Shown in pieces: positions 1 through 13,680 of a stretch of 64,000 bases of DNA. Source of the stretch: Felis catus (lineage: Eukaryota); the NCBI RefSeq assembly GCF_018350175.1, contig NC_058369.1, positions 25,608,001 to 25,672,000 on the forward strand. Direction: 5' to 3'. The notes below the pieces were generated by a model. The model did not search any database, was not told the DNA's origin, and worked only from the letters and a program-made list of their open reading frames with translations. Within the stretch, counting starts at the first letter, position 1; each line of letters starts with the position of its first letter. The position numbers and the translations under genes are program-made.

Positions 1-15
1 AGTGCTGTAATTTTT

Positions 16-127
16 AAGAATTAAAATACATATTGAGGAGGGCACCTTTTGGGATGAGCACTGGGTGTTGTATGGAAACCAATTTGACAATAAATTTCAT
101 ATATTGAAAAAAAAGAATTAAAATACA
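16..127 (+). mobile_element. Very short felid-type L1 3' end with 15-bp TSD AAGAATTAAAATACA
   Basis: TSD at 16-30 and 113-127 flanking gaggagggcaccttttgggatgagcactgggtgttg...aataaa+A. Confidence 0.85.
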
Positions 128-229
128 GACTCAAAGATCTAATTTACAAGTTTTTGGTATGACATATATAGTATATATGTATATAATATGTATATAATGT
201 GTACAATGCATATTATATTGCATGTAGAA

Positions 230-1560
230 ATACAACTTTCAAAACTTCATCTATGCAATTAACTATATTAATAGATTAAAGGAGAAAAAGCATAGATGCA
301 AAAAAGAAAGGATTTAATAAAATTCAACATCCACTTATAATATAAAAAAAAAAAAACCTGAAAGGTACAGCCTCCAGTTATGGAATGAATACGTTATGGA
401 GATAAAACGTACAGAATAGGGAATATAGTCAATGGTATTATAATAGTGCTGTATTGTGCAAATATGGTAACTACATTTGTGAGCACAGCATAAGGTACAG
501 AGTTGTTGAATCACTATGTTGTAAACTTGAAACTGATGTGACGTTGTGTGTCAGCTATACCTCAATTTTTTTTAAAAAGGGGGGGAGCTCAAAATAAACA
601 AATAAATAGCACCTAATAGAACAGCGCATACTAATCCAATAAAGGTACCTATTAAAGAAACACACACACACCAAATGTCATACTTAATAGTGAAATATTG
701 AAAGCTCCCCCTTTGAGGTGGGGATCAAGTGATTACTGTACTAGAGTCCTAGTCAGTCCATCGTAGCAAAGAAAATAAACAAGATTTTGGAAATGTGTAA
801 TGTTTATGAGGATAGAACCAAAACTCTCATTATTTGCAATTTATATGATGGTTTATGTAGACATCCCAAAAGAATCTCAACTATTAAGATAAAGAAGGGA
901 AATAAAACATATGTAACATTTTTGAAGTTAAAGTTTTTAAAGAAAAAAGAAACCTCAAAAATTAAGAAAAAATTTAGCAATAGATATTAAGGTATACATA
1001 ACAATAAATTTATATTATAGCCCTAAGTAGAAAATAAATATCCCTTAGTTCATAGTGATATGAATAAGTAATTGAATAAATTAATAAGTGGAAAAGCAGA
1101 CAAATCTCTCATGCAGAAGAAATCCAAATAAATTATGTAGCTACTCCATGGTAAAGGAGGAGAGCATAACTCCCCAGTTCTGAAGTGTGGGTTGCATATA
1201 GTGACTTCCTTCCAGAGAGGACATCACAGAAAGGGGGAGAAAAGAGTGGAGAGACTTGATAAACACTACTTAAGACTAGTGGTCAAGGTCAACATTAATA
1301 ATGATAAGTCATGTTGATAATATGTACCCTTGATACGATGTGATGATGTGTGTACACTTAACCTTTGTGATTCTCTTTCCAAAAGCCCAGTACCTCAGTC
1401 TAGTCAAGAGAAAAACATCAGATGAATTCCAACAGAGGGCCATCCTATGATATACCTGACCTGTACTTCTCAACACTGTCAAGGCCATTAAAGAGCAAAA
1501 CAAAACAAAACAAATCTGAGAAACTATCAGAGCCCAGAGGAGCCTAAGAAAACACAACTA
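230..1560 (+). mobile_element. Old degenerate L1 fragments (ORF2 and L1M 3' ends)
   Basis: L1-like phrases such as aaaattcaacatccac, gggaatatagtcaat...ataa and aaaacatcagatgaattcc. Confidence 0.6.
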
Positions 1561-1759
1561 GGGGCGCCTGGGTAGTTCAGTTGGTTAAGTGTCTGACTTC
1601 AGCTCAGGTCACAATCTCACAGTCGGTGGGTTCAAACCCTGCATCAGGCTCTGTGCTGACAGCTGAGAGCCCGGAGCCTGCTTCGGATTCTGTGTCTCCC
1701 TCTCTCTCTCTGCCCACCCCACCCCCATACTCTATCTCTCTTAAAAATAAACATTAAAA

Positions 1760-1807
<48 letters not shown>

Positions 1808-1832
1808 AATATTGTAATTAAAAGATTCTTAC

Positions 1833-1968
1833 CTTGATCCGTAAAATCAACTCTTGAATCCCTATAGTCCGGGCTTTTTCTACATAAGATATCAGATCCA
1901 TCATCTCTTCTGTTGTCTCAGGGACTTTTAATGCGTGTTCTTTAATTGCTTCAAAATCACTGCAGATA
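1833..1968 (-). CDS. DNAH12: DNAH12 exon (ICSDFEAIKEHALKVPETTEEMMDLISYVEKARTIGIQELILRIK); gene continues beyond the window
   Basis: gtcag acceptor, AAG|gtaag donor, 136 nt, frame continuous from the ATG. Confidence 0.94.
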
Positions 1969-3945
1969 CTGACACAATGCTCTGCTTTACTATGGTTACA
2001 GTAATTAATGCTATATCATATTTGATATATGTGTTATAAATATTACAAAATATGAACCGTGATAGCCTCAAAATATTAAATCACTAAGACGTCTTGAAAC
2101 ATTTAAGGACAACTTAGCTGATGTAACTTGGTATACATCATACATCTACAAAAATCTATGAAATTGACATAACGTTTTTATGTAGAAATTATGGTATATT
2201 AGAAAAAAATTTTCTATGGATCTCTTCAACTCTCTTGAACATCCAGCTAAGCAGTGTGATGTAGAGTGTACTTAGGATGGTAAGCAGGCCAATGTGAATA
2301 CAAAGAAGGGGACATTATGAAGCTGGAGAGGTGAGCAGTAATTAGATCACGTAGGGCTTAATATGTCATTCTTGATTTTCAAAAATTTAGGAGGGATGCA
2401 ACAAAGTGGACAATGCCAAAAAGACAGGTGATCCTACGAGGGCACTTTCACCTTGCTAGAGCAGAATCTGTGTCCCTTTGGCAGAGACAGTACCACAAAA
2501 GACAAAGGCAGACAAAATGAGAGCAAATGATTGGCCCAAACAGATGCTAAACTAAACAGTGAGTAAGAAAAGCGTTCTTTAATGATTATTTATTTAATAA
2601 ATTGTACCTAGTGGCACACATTCCTCCTTTTGATGTTATCTATCTCAAGTAGGGAATTTAAATGGAAAAGAATGAAAGAATGAACTAGATAGAGGAAACT
2701 GGACAAATTTTCAGCTGCTCTTATGTCATGGGTTTATAATAATATACAGTTATTTTGTTGGAAGTGACAGAATTTTCCAGAAAAGTCACAGATACCACAA
2801 AAACAAATACCAAAAAATGTTATGTTAAACATAAATCATTTTTTGATTAAGGCATTGTTGTGGCTCTTATTCCATGGGATTGTTAGAAACGAATGCTTTG
2901 CCATTGTTGATATCTTTTTGTGTAGTATACTTTTGTACAAAGCATGCCTGACAATACTTCACTTTTTGACAGTCAAATTTTAAGTTTGTTTGTTTGTTTG
3001 TTTTTGAGATAGAGCAGGGAAGGGGCACAGAGAGAGGGAGACAGAGAAGCCCAAGGCAGGGCTCCAGCCCACGAACTGTGAGATCCAGACCTAGCTGAAA
3101 CTGAGACAGACACTTAACTGACTGACTAAGCCACCCGGGTGTCCCTGACAGGCATATACTTTTTGTTTACTTAAAAATATTTATTGATGTGATGGCTCCC
3201 TTCATTGGGTGACTATTCTACACCAAGCACAGTGCCAGATGCTTTACAAACATAATCTGTGGAGGTTCCTGGGTGGCTCAGTCAGTTAAGCATCCAACTT
3301 GAGCTCAGGTCATGATTCCATGTGAGTTCAAGCCCTGCATTGGGCTCTCTGCTGTCAGCACAAAGCCCACTTCAGATCCTCTGTCTCCCTCTCTCTCTGC
3401 CCCTCCCCCTTTCCCCCTCATGCTCACACTCTCTCTCTCAAAAATAAACATTTAAAAAAATGTAATCTGTGATCCTAACATTAGTCCTTCAGGGCAAGTA
3501 TTATTTTTCACAGCTGGCACAGCAGAAAACTGAGGCTCAGGGAAATTAACTAACTTGCCTGGAGTTACAGAACTAGTTCATTACAGAGCTAGGATTCAAA
3601 TCTAGATCTTTCTGACTCTAAAGCACATGATTTTCTCACATTGCTTCTGGGAAAATAAACATACTAGCTAACATTGATTGAATGCCATGTCCCAGGCACT
3701 GTGCTAGGTGCTTTACATGTATTAGTTTTAGTCCTTACAGAAGTTACAAACTAAGATTCTTTTGGAGACAGGCAGGTAACAGATGAATTAAATGAGTTGG
3801 ATGATGAGTTGATTCAGCAGTGGGTGAACAAACCAAAGGACACATTCCATATAAAATGGAAACTGCTTCTCAGTTCCACCTACCACTGCAGGCCCAACAA
3901 GGCACAGTCTTCCCACCTTTTCAAGAAAAGTAAAAGATCTGGATT

Positions 3946-3953
3946 GTGTGTGG

Positions 3954-3995
<42 letters not shown>
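3946..3995. repeat. (GT)n microsatellite
   Basis: Direct inspection. Confidence 0.95.
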
Positions 3996-3996
<1 letters not shown>

Positions 3997-4040
3997 AACA
4001 TTTTGAAATGTTGACAGCTAATTCAAAATGTGTTTAGACA

Positions 4041-4652
4041 GGGGCACCTGGATGGCTCAGTCAGTTGAGAATCTGACTTCGGCTCAGGTCATAATCTTGC
4101 AGTTCTTGAGTTCAACCACCACATGGGGCTCACTGCTGTCAGTGGGGAGCCCACTTCAGATCCTCTGTCCCCATCTCTCTCTGCTCCTCCCCTGCTCTCT
4201 CTCTCAAAAAATAAAATAAAATACAGGGCTCCTGGGTGGCTGAGTTGGTTAAGCATCCACTTTCAGCTCAGGTCATGATCTCATGGTTTGTGAGTTCGAG
4301 CCCCGCATCAGGCTCTGTGCTGACAGCTCGGAGACTGGAGCCTGCTTCGGATTCTGTGTCTCCCCTTCTCTCTACGCCTCCCCTGATCACGCTCTGTGTC
4401 TGTCTCTCAATAATAAATAAACGTTGAAAAATTTTTTTTAAAAATAAAAATAAAAAATAAAATAAAATAAATTTCTAAAATGTGTTTAAACATGGGTGCC
4501 AGGGTGGCACAGTCAGTTAAGTGTCTGACTTGGGCTCAAGTCATGAGCTCGCAGTTTATGAGTTCGAGACCCACGTCAAGCTCTGTGCTGACAGCTTGGA
4601 GCCTAGAGCCTGCTTCAGATTCTGTATCTTCCTCTCTCTCTGCTCCTCCCCT

Positions 4653-4687
<35 letters not shown>

Positions 4688-4705
4688 AATAAATAAACAT
4701 TAAAA
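4041..4705 (+). mobile_element. Three tandem CanSINEs (4041-4225, 4226-4475, 4494-4705)
   Basis: tRNA-derived head ggggcacctgg(g/a)tggctcagtc, (CT)n and A tail. Confidence 0.92.
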
Positions 4706-5567
4706 TACGTTTAAAAAAATGAAACCCAGCATGAGACAAGGAAAAAGTGTCTGCATGACATATCCAACTAGCAAGCCACTAGTTTATGAATCTAATTTTA
4801 CAACCACTCTGCAAAGTAGGTATTGCTGTCTCTATTTTACAGATGATAAAAATAAGTTAGGTAAGACCACAATATTGGGGTCAGGAACAATCCAAGATCT
4901 TCCCAATATCATTGAAAGTTTATAGTCTTTCTGTTTTCATGCAGCCTGTATCCAAACACTAGTTTATTTCAGTTTCTTAAAAAAAAAAAAAATCCTGTGT
5001 TTCCTCAAAACAATTCTCAAACCATATCAAACAAACAAAAACCAGACCAATGGGACTACAAGGGAAAGTCCTTAGGAGGCAGCTGTGAAGAAAAAATGGT
5101 AAGAACTTATATTTTAATCTTTAAAAATTTTTTTTTAAATTGGGGCACCTGGATGGCTCAGTCGGTTGGGCATCCGACTTCGGCTCAGGTCATGGTTTCA
5201 CAGTTCATGGATTTGAGCCCCGCATCGGGCTCTGTGCTGACAGCTCTGAGCCTGGAGTCTGTTTTGGATTCTGTGTCTCCTTCTCTCTCTCTGCCCCTCC
5301 CCCGCTAGCACTCTGTCTGGCTCTGTCCCAAAAATAAACAAACATTTAAAAATTTGTTTTTAATTTTTTTAAGTTTATTTACTTACTTATTTTTTAGTAA
5401 TCTCTACACCCAGTGTGGGTCTCAAACTCACAACCCCAAGATCAAGAGTCACATGCTCTTCTGAATAAGCCATCCAGGCACCCCCTAATCTTTTAAACAA
5501 GAGTTATCATTAGCAAAATATTTCTTTTAACCCTATAATTCCAAGTTTAGCAATTAATTCTACTTAC

Positions 5568-5746
5568 CTTTCATTTTCTTTTCTATGTTTTGAAGCTATG
5601 TCATTTAATAATATGTTTGCAAAGGCTTTTGCTTTGTTTGTTAGACCCGTCTTCAAATCTTCACAATCCAAACGCACCATAGGGAAATGAACCCACTGAG
5701 GCAAAAGCATTATTTCTGAGGCGAGACTGAGAAATCTTCCTATAAA
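5568..5746 (-). CDS. DNAH12: DNAH12 exon (FIGRFLSLASEIMLLPQW...HRKENE)
   Basis: Overlaps ORF 5564..5767. tttaag acceptor, AG|gtaagt donor, 179 nt. Confidence 0.95.
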
Positions 5747-6638
5747 CTTAAAAAAATAAAAAAGCATTTAAAAATCAGATCCAAGTATATTACTTGCACA
5801 GCTAGAAACCTTCAAAACAAAGTACAAATTGTTGAGCAAAGATACCCTAAAATTTTTCCCACATGGCTCCCACTTACATTTCCAACTTCATCTTCTAAAT
5901 TTGCTGTGTACTACATTCCTATGTTACCTATTCTTCACCTATCTTGGTCATGCTACAGTTCCTCTGTACCTATAAACATCTCCTTCAAAGCCTGGCTCAC
6001 TTTTCACTTCTTCAAGAAACTGTCACCAATATTCCGAAGCAGATGCAACCACTCCCTCTTCTGTGCTTCCACAACACCTTGTTCACATCTCCATTCCAGC
6101 ACCTATCTGTACATATCATGGTTGTTATTCCTATGTCTGACTTCCAGGCCAAATATAAGCTCCTGAGGATAATGTGCATGTATTATTTATCTTAACATCA
6201 CCAAAACCTTGCTAGGTGTCTGAATGTGATGAAGAGATTTTTGTTGAAGCAATGAATGAGTTAATGAACGACTAAAGAAATTATGGGGTGAGGAGAGCCT
6301 GGGTGGCTCAGTTGGTTGAGCATCGGACTCCTGATTTTGGCTCACGTCATGATCCCAGGGTCGCGGGACTGAGCCCCATGTGAGGCTCAGCACTGAGCAT
6401 GGAGCCTGCTTAAGAATCTCTCTCTCTCCCTCTGCCCCTCTCCCCCACTTTCTCTCTCTCTCTAAAATAAAATAAAATAATAAATTATGAAATGAACCTA
6501 TGAATTTACTATAATGATGTTCTGAATGAGAGATTCTATTAACTTCAATTGAAGCATTTACTTTACAGGGAAAAAAATTCAGCCTAATTTTAAAACAGAA
6601 ATTCAAAGGCACTCATGAAAAACAGAATTACCACTTAC

Positions 6639-6730
6639 TTCTGTGTATTCATCAAAAGTATGATCTTCTGCTTGGAAAGTCTCTATCAGCTCAACCGCAG
6701 ACCCATCAAGAAGCCAATTATATTTTTCAA
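6639..6730 (-). CDS. DNAH12: DNAH12 exon (VEKYNWLLDGSAVELIETFQAEDHTFDEYTE)
   Basis: ttttcag acceptor, gtaagt donor, 92 nt. Confidence 0.94.
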
Positions 6731-7369
6731 CTGAAAATTAATAACCTAATTTAAATCTCAACAATAAGACCCATTCAAAAAGATAAAGTGTTTTGTTGAT
6801 ATGGTCAGGGAAATGAGTAGACTATTCAATTAAATATTATTAATAGAGAATTAACATACATTAATAAAATAGACCTAACAAGCAAACCAGGTTAAACATG
6901 ACATTTTAAAATAAAGATAATAGTGTATGCTAATGATCTTACAATAAGATAGAGGTACTGCTAAGCCAGTTAATAGAAAGTTTTGATTAACAGAATGTCA
7001 AGTAACAATCCTGACCCCATACATACTTGAGGAGACTATAAAACTGAGCTGCAGTCTCTTCAAAACTATTCTTCGAAATTATCTTGATTTAACTCTTGAT
7101 TTAGCTTTCTCCTTATTCCAACATCTCTTCTCTCTATCTTTTTGCTTCGTCACCCTGTTCCAGTTAACATTCACCCATTAGACTTGACAACAGAATTCAA
7201 GTTTCTTAGGTTAGGTTGGATCTGTGATTCTGCCAAAAGCCATGCCTATGCTCACTTCTGGTTCTTCCTGCTCTTTCATGACAGCCCAAGACAACCAAAT
7301 ATCTGACCAATTTCTAGTAAAAATAAAAATGGTATTATTTTACGATAAAATAATATATGTCATATATAC

Positions 7370-7526
7370 CATATGTCTCATAATGTTTTCTTGCACCTTC
7401 TAAGTTATGATGTACTGCTGCCTTCAGTGTAGTAACAGCCCATTGTGACACATGTTCAGGAAGTTCTGTGTCCAGATTTACAGCTGGTGAAGTTCCTGAG
7501 AGCCAAGAGGGAACTGTTTGGACATT
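7370..7526 (-). CDS. DNAH12: DNAH12 exon (NVQTVPSWLSGTSPAVNLDTELPEHV...HYETY)
   Basis: ttgttag acceptor, G|gtatat donor, 157 nt. Confidence 0.94.
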
Positions 7527-8307
7527 CTAACAAAAATTAAAATGACAATTTATGAAACCAGTATCTGTGCAATTGGGCTATACATAGAGCTTATACTATA
7601 TTTTTAAACATTATTATCATATTTCAACGGTCCAAAAAAAGATAACTTGATGAAAAATAATGATTTAGAGTTGTATATTTTTAATCTAATATAAAAACTT
7701 GCATTAGTTTTCTATCATTCAACAAGTATTTATTGAATATATCTAAGTGATTATATTAGAATGTACAAAAAACAAACATGATGTGGATCTTGTCCTTAAG
7801 AAGCTCACAACTACACAGGGAGAATCAAATGTGCACAAAAATACCAATTCACAGCTACAATAAAAGTTCTAAGAAGGAAAAACATCATTTCCATCCAGGA
7901 AATGTTACCAAAGAGAAAGCACTTTCTAACTTGAAATAACTTGGAGGATGGAAATAAAACAGAGTTATAACATTTTATGTACACGTCCACTTTATAGAGT
8001 TTCAACTCAGTTTAAATTTTTGAAAGAGGGGGCACCTGGGCGTCTCAGTTGGTGAAGTGTCCAACTTCGGCTCAGGTCATGATCTCGCGGTTCATGAATT
8101 TGAGCCCCACACCAGGGTCGCTGTTGTCAGCCTCTCAGTGCAGAGCCTGCTTTGGATCCTATGGCGCCCTCTCTCTACCCCTCCCTCCCTTGCACTCTCC
8201 CCCCAAATAAATAAATATTAAAAAATAATAATAAAATTAAAATAAAATAATAAAATACTGAAAGAGACCCATATAAAGAAACCCAATGGATAAGGAAGAC
8301 GAAATAC

Positions 8308-8496
8308 CTGCAGAGCTTCAGTTATTCGCTCTACCAAACCCAAAACAACATCTTCCAAATCTTGAAAGGTAGGATAAAATTCCATTTTATCATCATCAAA
8401 TGTCAGTTCCATCTTAAATATTGGCAGCCCACATTGATCTTCTTGGTCAAAGAGCTTCACAAATCCTTCTACAGTTCTCTTTAAGAAATCCTTCAG
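8308..8496 (-). CDS. DNAH12: DNAH12 exon (LKDFLKRTVEGFVKLFD...ITEALQ)
   Basis: Overlaps ORF 8218..8520. gcag acceptor, CAG|gtattt donor, 189 nt. Confidence 0.95.
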
Positions 8497-9547
8497 CTGC
8501 ATGATGTCGTAAATTAGCATTACTTTAGAAAGTACAAATTCAACCTTTAACCTTTTAACCTTTTGTTCAAAATCAGTGAGATATTACCTACGATTAATTC
8601 ATTCTATCAATTCATTTAGTCCTCAAAATTATCTTCATTCAGCACAGTATGTTCTTACTAAGTGTAGTCTAAAACAATAAGTAGAATGATATATGCAAAC
8701 TTTGATTTTTTTTTTATAGACTAGCAACAATCCTAAAATGGCAACTCAGAATCTTACACATTCTTCAGTAATTCTTTCCATGGTACAGAAAACGTTCCAG
8801 AAAAACTAAACAAAGTGAAGATTAAGGGGAGGAGAGGCCTGACACCTGAGAATGAGGGTGCCATGGGGTGACATGCACGTGAGGTGAGGGACAGTTAGTA
8901 TGCTAAAGCAAGCTGCTAAGGTTGATAGTTAAATATTCAAGGATTTTGTGAGCCAGTTACTAAACCCTTGGACGCTTGAAAATTACACTATGGGAATATT
9001 TCCACCAGGAAATTGGCAAACACTACAAATTAGGGCTTCTCCCCAGCCTGGAGAGTTGGATTTCCAGCAAATCACCAGGTGAGGGTGAAGCCACTGGACA
9101 TTAGAAACATGCACAATAAGGGGAACCTGGGTGGCACCGGACTTCGGAACAGGTCATGATCTCACAGCTCATGAGTTCAAGCCCTGTGTTGGGCTCTGTG
9201 CTGACAGCTTTGAGCCTGGAGCCTGCTTCAGATTCTGTGTCTCCCTCCCTCTCTGCCCCTCTACTATTTGCTCTCTCTCTCTCTTAAAAATAAATAAACA
9301 TTAAAAAAATTTTTTTAATGTGCACAATAAGTTACCAAACTATGAATAATGCATTCTTATGTAGAATCAACTATTTGAAATTTAGCCAAGGGGACAAATA
9401 TAATGATCTTCAAAATGTTCCTCATCTCTATTTCTTATCAAATAATCATAGTCCTCTTAAGAGGATAAAGATAGAAAGTACATCATGTATATTAATTACA
9501 GAGTTATATACTAGATATTAAATGTGTCCTTTTAAGGATGTGTTGCA

Positions 9548-9955
9548 GGGCACCTGGATGGCTCAGTCAGTTAAGCATCTGACTCTTGATTTTGGCTCAG
9601 GTCATGGTCATGATCTCATGGTTCTGGGATGGAGCCTTTTTTTTTTTTAATGTTTATTTATTTTTGAGACAGAGAGAGACAGAGCATGAACGGGGGAGGG
9701 CAGAGAGAGAGGGAGACACCGAATCGGAAGCAGGCTCCAGGCTCTGAGCCATCAGCCCAGAGCCCGATGCGGGGCTCAAACTCACGGACCGTGAGATTGT
9801 GACCTGAGCTGAAGTCGGACGCTTAACCAACTGAGCCACCCAGGCACCCCTGGGATGGAGCCTTAAATCGGGCTCTGCTCTGAGTGTGGAGCCTGCTTGG
9901 GATTCTCTCTCTGCCCCTCTCTCACTGGTGTGCTCTCTCTCTCAAAATAAATAAA
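9548..9955. mobile_element. CanSINE (+) interrupted by an antisense felid SINE (9639-9849), TSD CTGGGATGGAGCCTT
   Basis: TSD at 9624-9638 and 9850-9864. Confidence 0.9.
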
Positions 9956-10320
9956 AATTTCTTTTAAAAAGTATACATTGCAAAATTCATGGAATCTTTG
10001 GGGATATTTTACAAAAGGGAAAGGTTTTATTCAGAACTGTTTTTGTAGAACTGTATTTCTATAATAGTAAAAATTTGAGGAGAGAATTAATATTCTCTTT
10101 AAAGATGATCAATTCAAGGGGCACCTGGGTGGCTCAGTCAGTTAAGCGTCTGACTCTTGATATCAGCTCAGATCATGGTCTTGCAGTGGTGAGATCAACC
10201 CCCAAATCAGGCTCTGTGCTGACAGCATGGAACCTGCTTAGGATTCTCTCTCCCCCTCTCTCTGCCCCAGCCCCCCCCCCCCACACACACTCTCTCTCTC
10301 TCTCTCTCTTTCTCTCAAAA

Positions 10321-10355
<35 letters not shown>

Positions 10356-10959
10356 ATACTGTAAAAAAGATGATCAATTCAATTTCAAACCAAGATTTTA
10401 CTAAGAAAAACATGAGAATCAATCAACTTGAAATTTCATATGTTCAAAAAAATGTTTACTGGGATAGTCCTTTTTGTTAATATTCTCCAATAAAGCTATA
10501 GATAATTAGTTGATAGCCTTTAAGCATGAGCCCAGCTATCATTCATAATACTGACACATACTTCTAGAATTTCCTTTCATTTTAGATTGCTTCAGATCTT
10601 GCTTCAGAAATGAAGCATTTTTATGCTAAACGTATTTAAATAAAATTATGATAAAAATGTTTTTCTTATTTCAAAATAACTACCTAGCATTATGTCTGAA
10701 TAGAATTTTATTTAAAATAATAAACTAAAGGGCACCTGGGTGGCTCAGTTGGTTAAGCATCTGACTTCCCCTTAAGTCATGATCTCACAATTCGTGAGTT
10801 TGAGCCCCATGCCGGGCTCTACACTGACAGCTCAGAGCCTGGAGTCTGCTTGATTCTCTGTCTCCCTTTCTCTCTCTGCCCCTTCCCTGCTTATGTGCTC
10901 TCTTTCCCTCAAAAATGAAATAAATACTTAAAAAAATAATAAAATAAAACATCAGTTTT

Positions 10960-11960
10960 AAATTTAGCACCCAAAAAATGAATAATCCAATTAAGAAAAG
11001 GGCAGAAGACATAAATAGACATTTTTCCAAAGAAGATACACAGATGGCTAACAGCCACATGAAAAGATGCTCAACATCACTCATCATCAGGGAAACACAA
11101 ATCAAAACCACGATGAGATGCCATCTCCCACCTGTCAGAATGGCTAAAATCAAAAACACAAGAAACAACAGGTGTTGGGGAGGATGTGGAGAAAGGGGAA
11201 CTTTCTTGCATTGCTGATGGCAATATAAACTGGAGCAACCACTCTAGAAAACAGTATGGAGGTTTCTCAAGAAGTTAACAATAAAATAAATAAATAAAAA
11301 TTTGTTTAAAAAGTTAAAAATAGAACTACCCTACAATTAGGCAGTCACACTACTAGGTATTTACCCAAAGAATACAAAATTACTAATTCAAAATGTTACA
11401 TGCACCCCAAAGTTTATAGCAGCATTATGTACAATAGCCAAATTATGGAAGCAGCCCAAGTGTCCACAGATAGATAAATGGATAAAGAAGATATGGTATA
11501 TAGACATGATAGATGAATGGATAAAGAAGATATGGTATATAGACATGCAATGGAATATTATTCAGCCATAAAAAAGAGAATGAATCTTGCCATTTGCAAT
11601 GACATGGATGGAGCAAGAGAGTATTATGCTAAGTGAAGTAAGTCAGAGAAAGACAGATAACCATATGACTTCACTCATATGTGGAATTTAAGAAACAAAA
11701 CAAATGAGTAAAGGGGGAAAAATATAGAGACAGAGAGGCAAACCAAAAAACAGTCTCTTAACTATAGAGAAATGATGGTTAGCAGAGGGGATGTGGGTGG
11801 GGGATGGGTGAAATAGGTGATGGGGATTAAGGAATGTACTTGTGATGAGCACCGGGTGTTATATGGAAGTGTTGAATCACTATACTATACACCTGAAACT
11901 AAATATTACATTGTATGTTAACCAACTAGAATTTAAATAAAAACTTAAAATATAATAAAA
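10960..11960 (+). mobile_element. Carnivore L1 3' fragment (ORF2 end and 3' UTR)
   Basis: ORF 10978..11217 is L1 ORF2-like ([23 protein letters not shown]). Ends in an A-rich tail. Confidence 0.9.
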
Positions 11961-12013
11961 TAATAAACTAATTATAATAGCATTATCATTTAAGATATAT
12001 AAAATATATTTAC

Positions 12014-12209
12014 CTGATTTGACATAAGTGTAGAAACACAGTTATAAAATGCATCCCATTTTTCAGGTCTGATGCCTTCTAGAGCCTCCTTCTTTGTGAA
12101 AAGATTTATGACCTTTGGATACCATGTGTTCATTATCTTCTCTTCTGCCTTTCTAGCTTGTATTGACAGATCATTTTTTAGTGATTCACAATCAATTGGC
12201 CCTTTAGCT
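12014..12209 (-). CDS. DNAH12: DNAH12 exon (AKGPIDCESLKNDLSIQ...STLMSNQ)
   Basis: atag acceptor, CAG|gtaaat donor, 196 nt, matches DNAH12. Confidence 0.94.
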
Positions 12210-12413
12210 CTATTTATGAGAAGTATAAAAATGATTTAAAGCAAATGATAAATATTGGTCCTAATACATAATTGTTGAAAAAAGTAAGAAAATTTTAATC
12301 TAAAGAAAAGTTCTCAAGATTCATCAGTTTAAAATGTGTACAGTCAAAATATAAAGATTCAAGCATGAGATATTCAAATCTTAAATGTTAGTTAATAAAT
12401 ATGAGATTTTTAC

Positions 12414-12572
12414 CTAATTCCTGTTAAATCTAGCAAAATCGTATTGGAAAATGTCGTATAACCAAGGTCCAGTAATATTTTCATAGTTGGATGAACAATG
12501 TGCAAATTAGCTAATATTTGACTTCTTGTCTGCACATAGCTAGAATGCCAAGGCTTAGAATAATCCAGTCCT
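12414..12572 (-). CDS. DNAH12: DNAH12 exon (GLDYSKPWHSSYVQ...DLTGIR)
   Basis: Overlaps ORF 12410..12592. ttttccag acceptor, AG|gtaaaa donor, 159 nt. Confidence 0.95.
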
Positions 12573-13607
12573 CTGGAAAAGCAAAACACCATATTAAGCA
12601 GAATTCAAATAATATACTCTAACTTTTAGGAAATAATAGTTATGACATGGAATTAATATTAAAGCGAGAAGAAGACTGGGAAATGCAGTCAGCGATCAAA
12701 GCTTTATGCATGTAATAAAAAGGCATCAAGATCTTGAAAGTGTATTATTGGCACACCTGGGTGGCTCAGTAGGTTAGGCGCCCAACTCTTGATTTCAGCT
12801 TAGGTCATTATCTCACCATTCGTGGGATTGAGCCCCGAGTCAGGTTCTCTGCTGACCACAGGGAGCCTGCTTGGAATTCTCTTTCCCTCTCTCCCTGCCC
12901 CTCCCCTGCTCACATGCGGCTTGCTCTCTCTCTCTCTCTCGCTCTCGCTCTCTCTCTCTCTCTCTCAAAATAAATAAATAAACATTAAAAAGACAGAGAG
13001 AGAGTGAGAGAGAAAGTGCATTATCTTCAGAGAGGACAGACTGATGGGCCAGGTACCCTGCTAACTTCCACTGTGCTCTGGCTCAGTTACCCTGGGTATG
13101 GGTAAACGAACTCAGCACTGGGAAGAGAGGAAGAAATCTGTCTGGTATACACCAGAGGTTACTTAAGGCCAAGTTGACCTATACATCCTTAAAGATTCCC
13201 CTGATTGTGTAAGCAACAAATAGACAAGTTCAGAGCAAGGATACACCGCAGTAGTGCTATTCTTCAGATGTATTCAAAATAGCTTCACAATTCTAGACTT
13301 AATGTTAGATCAGCTTATTTTCAACCTGTTATCAAAACCTAGATGCAGGGGCATCTGGGTGGTGCAGTCGGTTGAGCGTCCGACTTCAGCTCAGGTCATG
13401 ATCTCACAGTCCATGAGTTCAAGCCCTGAGTCAGGGTCTGTGCTGACAGCTCACAGCCTGGAGCCTGCTTCGGATTCTGTGTCTCCCTCTCTCTCTGCCC
13501 CTCCCCTGCTCATGCTCTGTCTCTCTCTGTCTCAAAACTAAATAAAAACATTAAAAAAAAATTTTTTTAACCTAGATGCAATACGGTTTTTAAAATAATT
13601 TACTCAC

Positions 13608-13680
13608 ACAGGGGATTCAGGTAAAGGGCCTCCTTCATCTTCAAGCCATTTAACCGGAGGTTTCACGAGAACACTCCTCA
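13608..13680 (-). CDS. DNAH12: DNAH12 exon (VRSVLVKPPVKWLEDEGGPLPESPV)
   Basis: ttttag acceptor, gtgagt donor, 73 nt, frame continuous. Confidence 0.93.
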
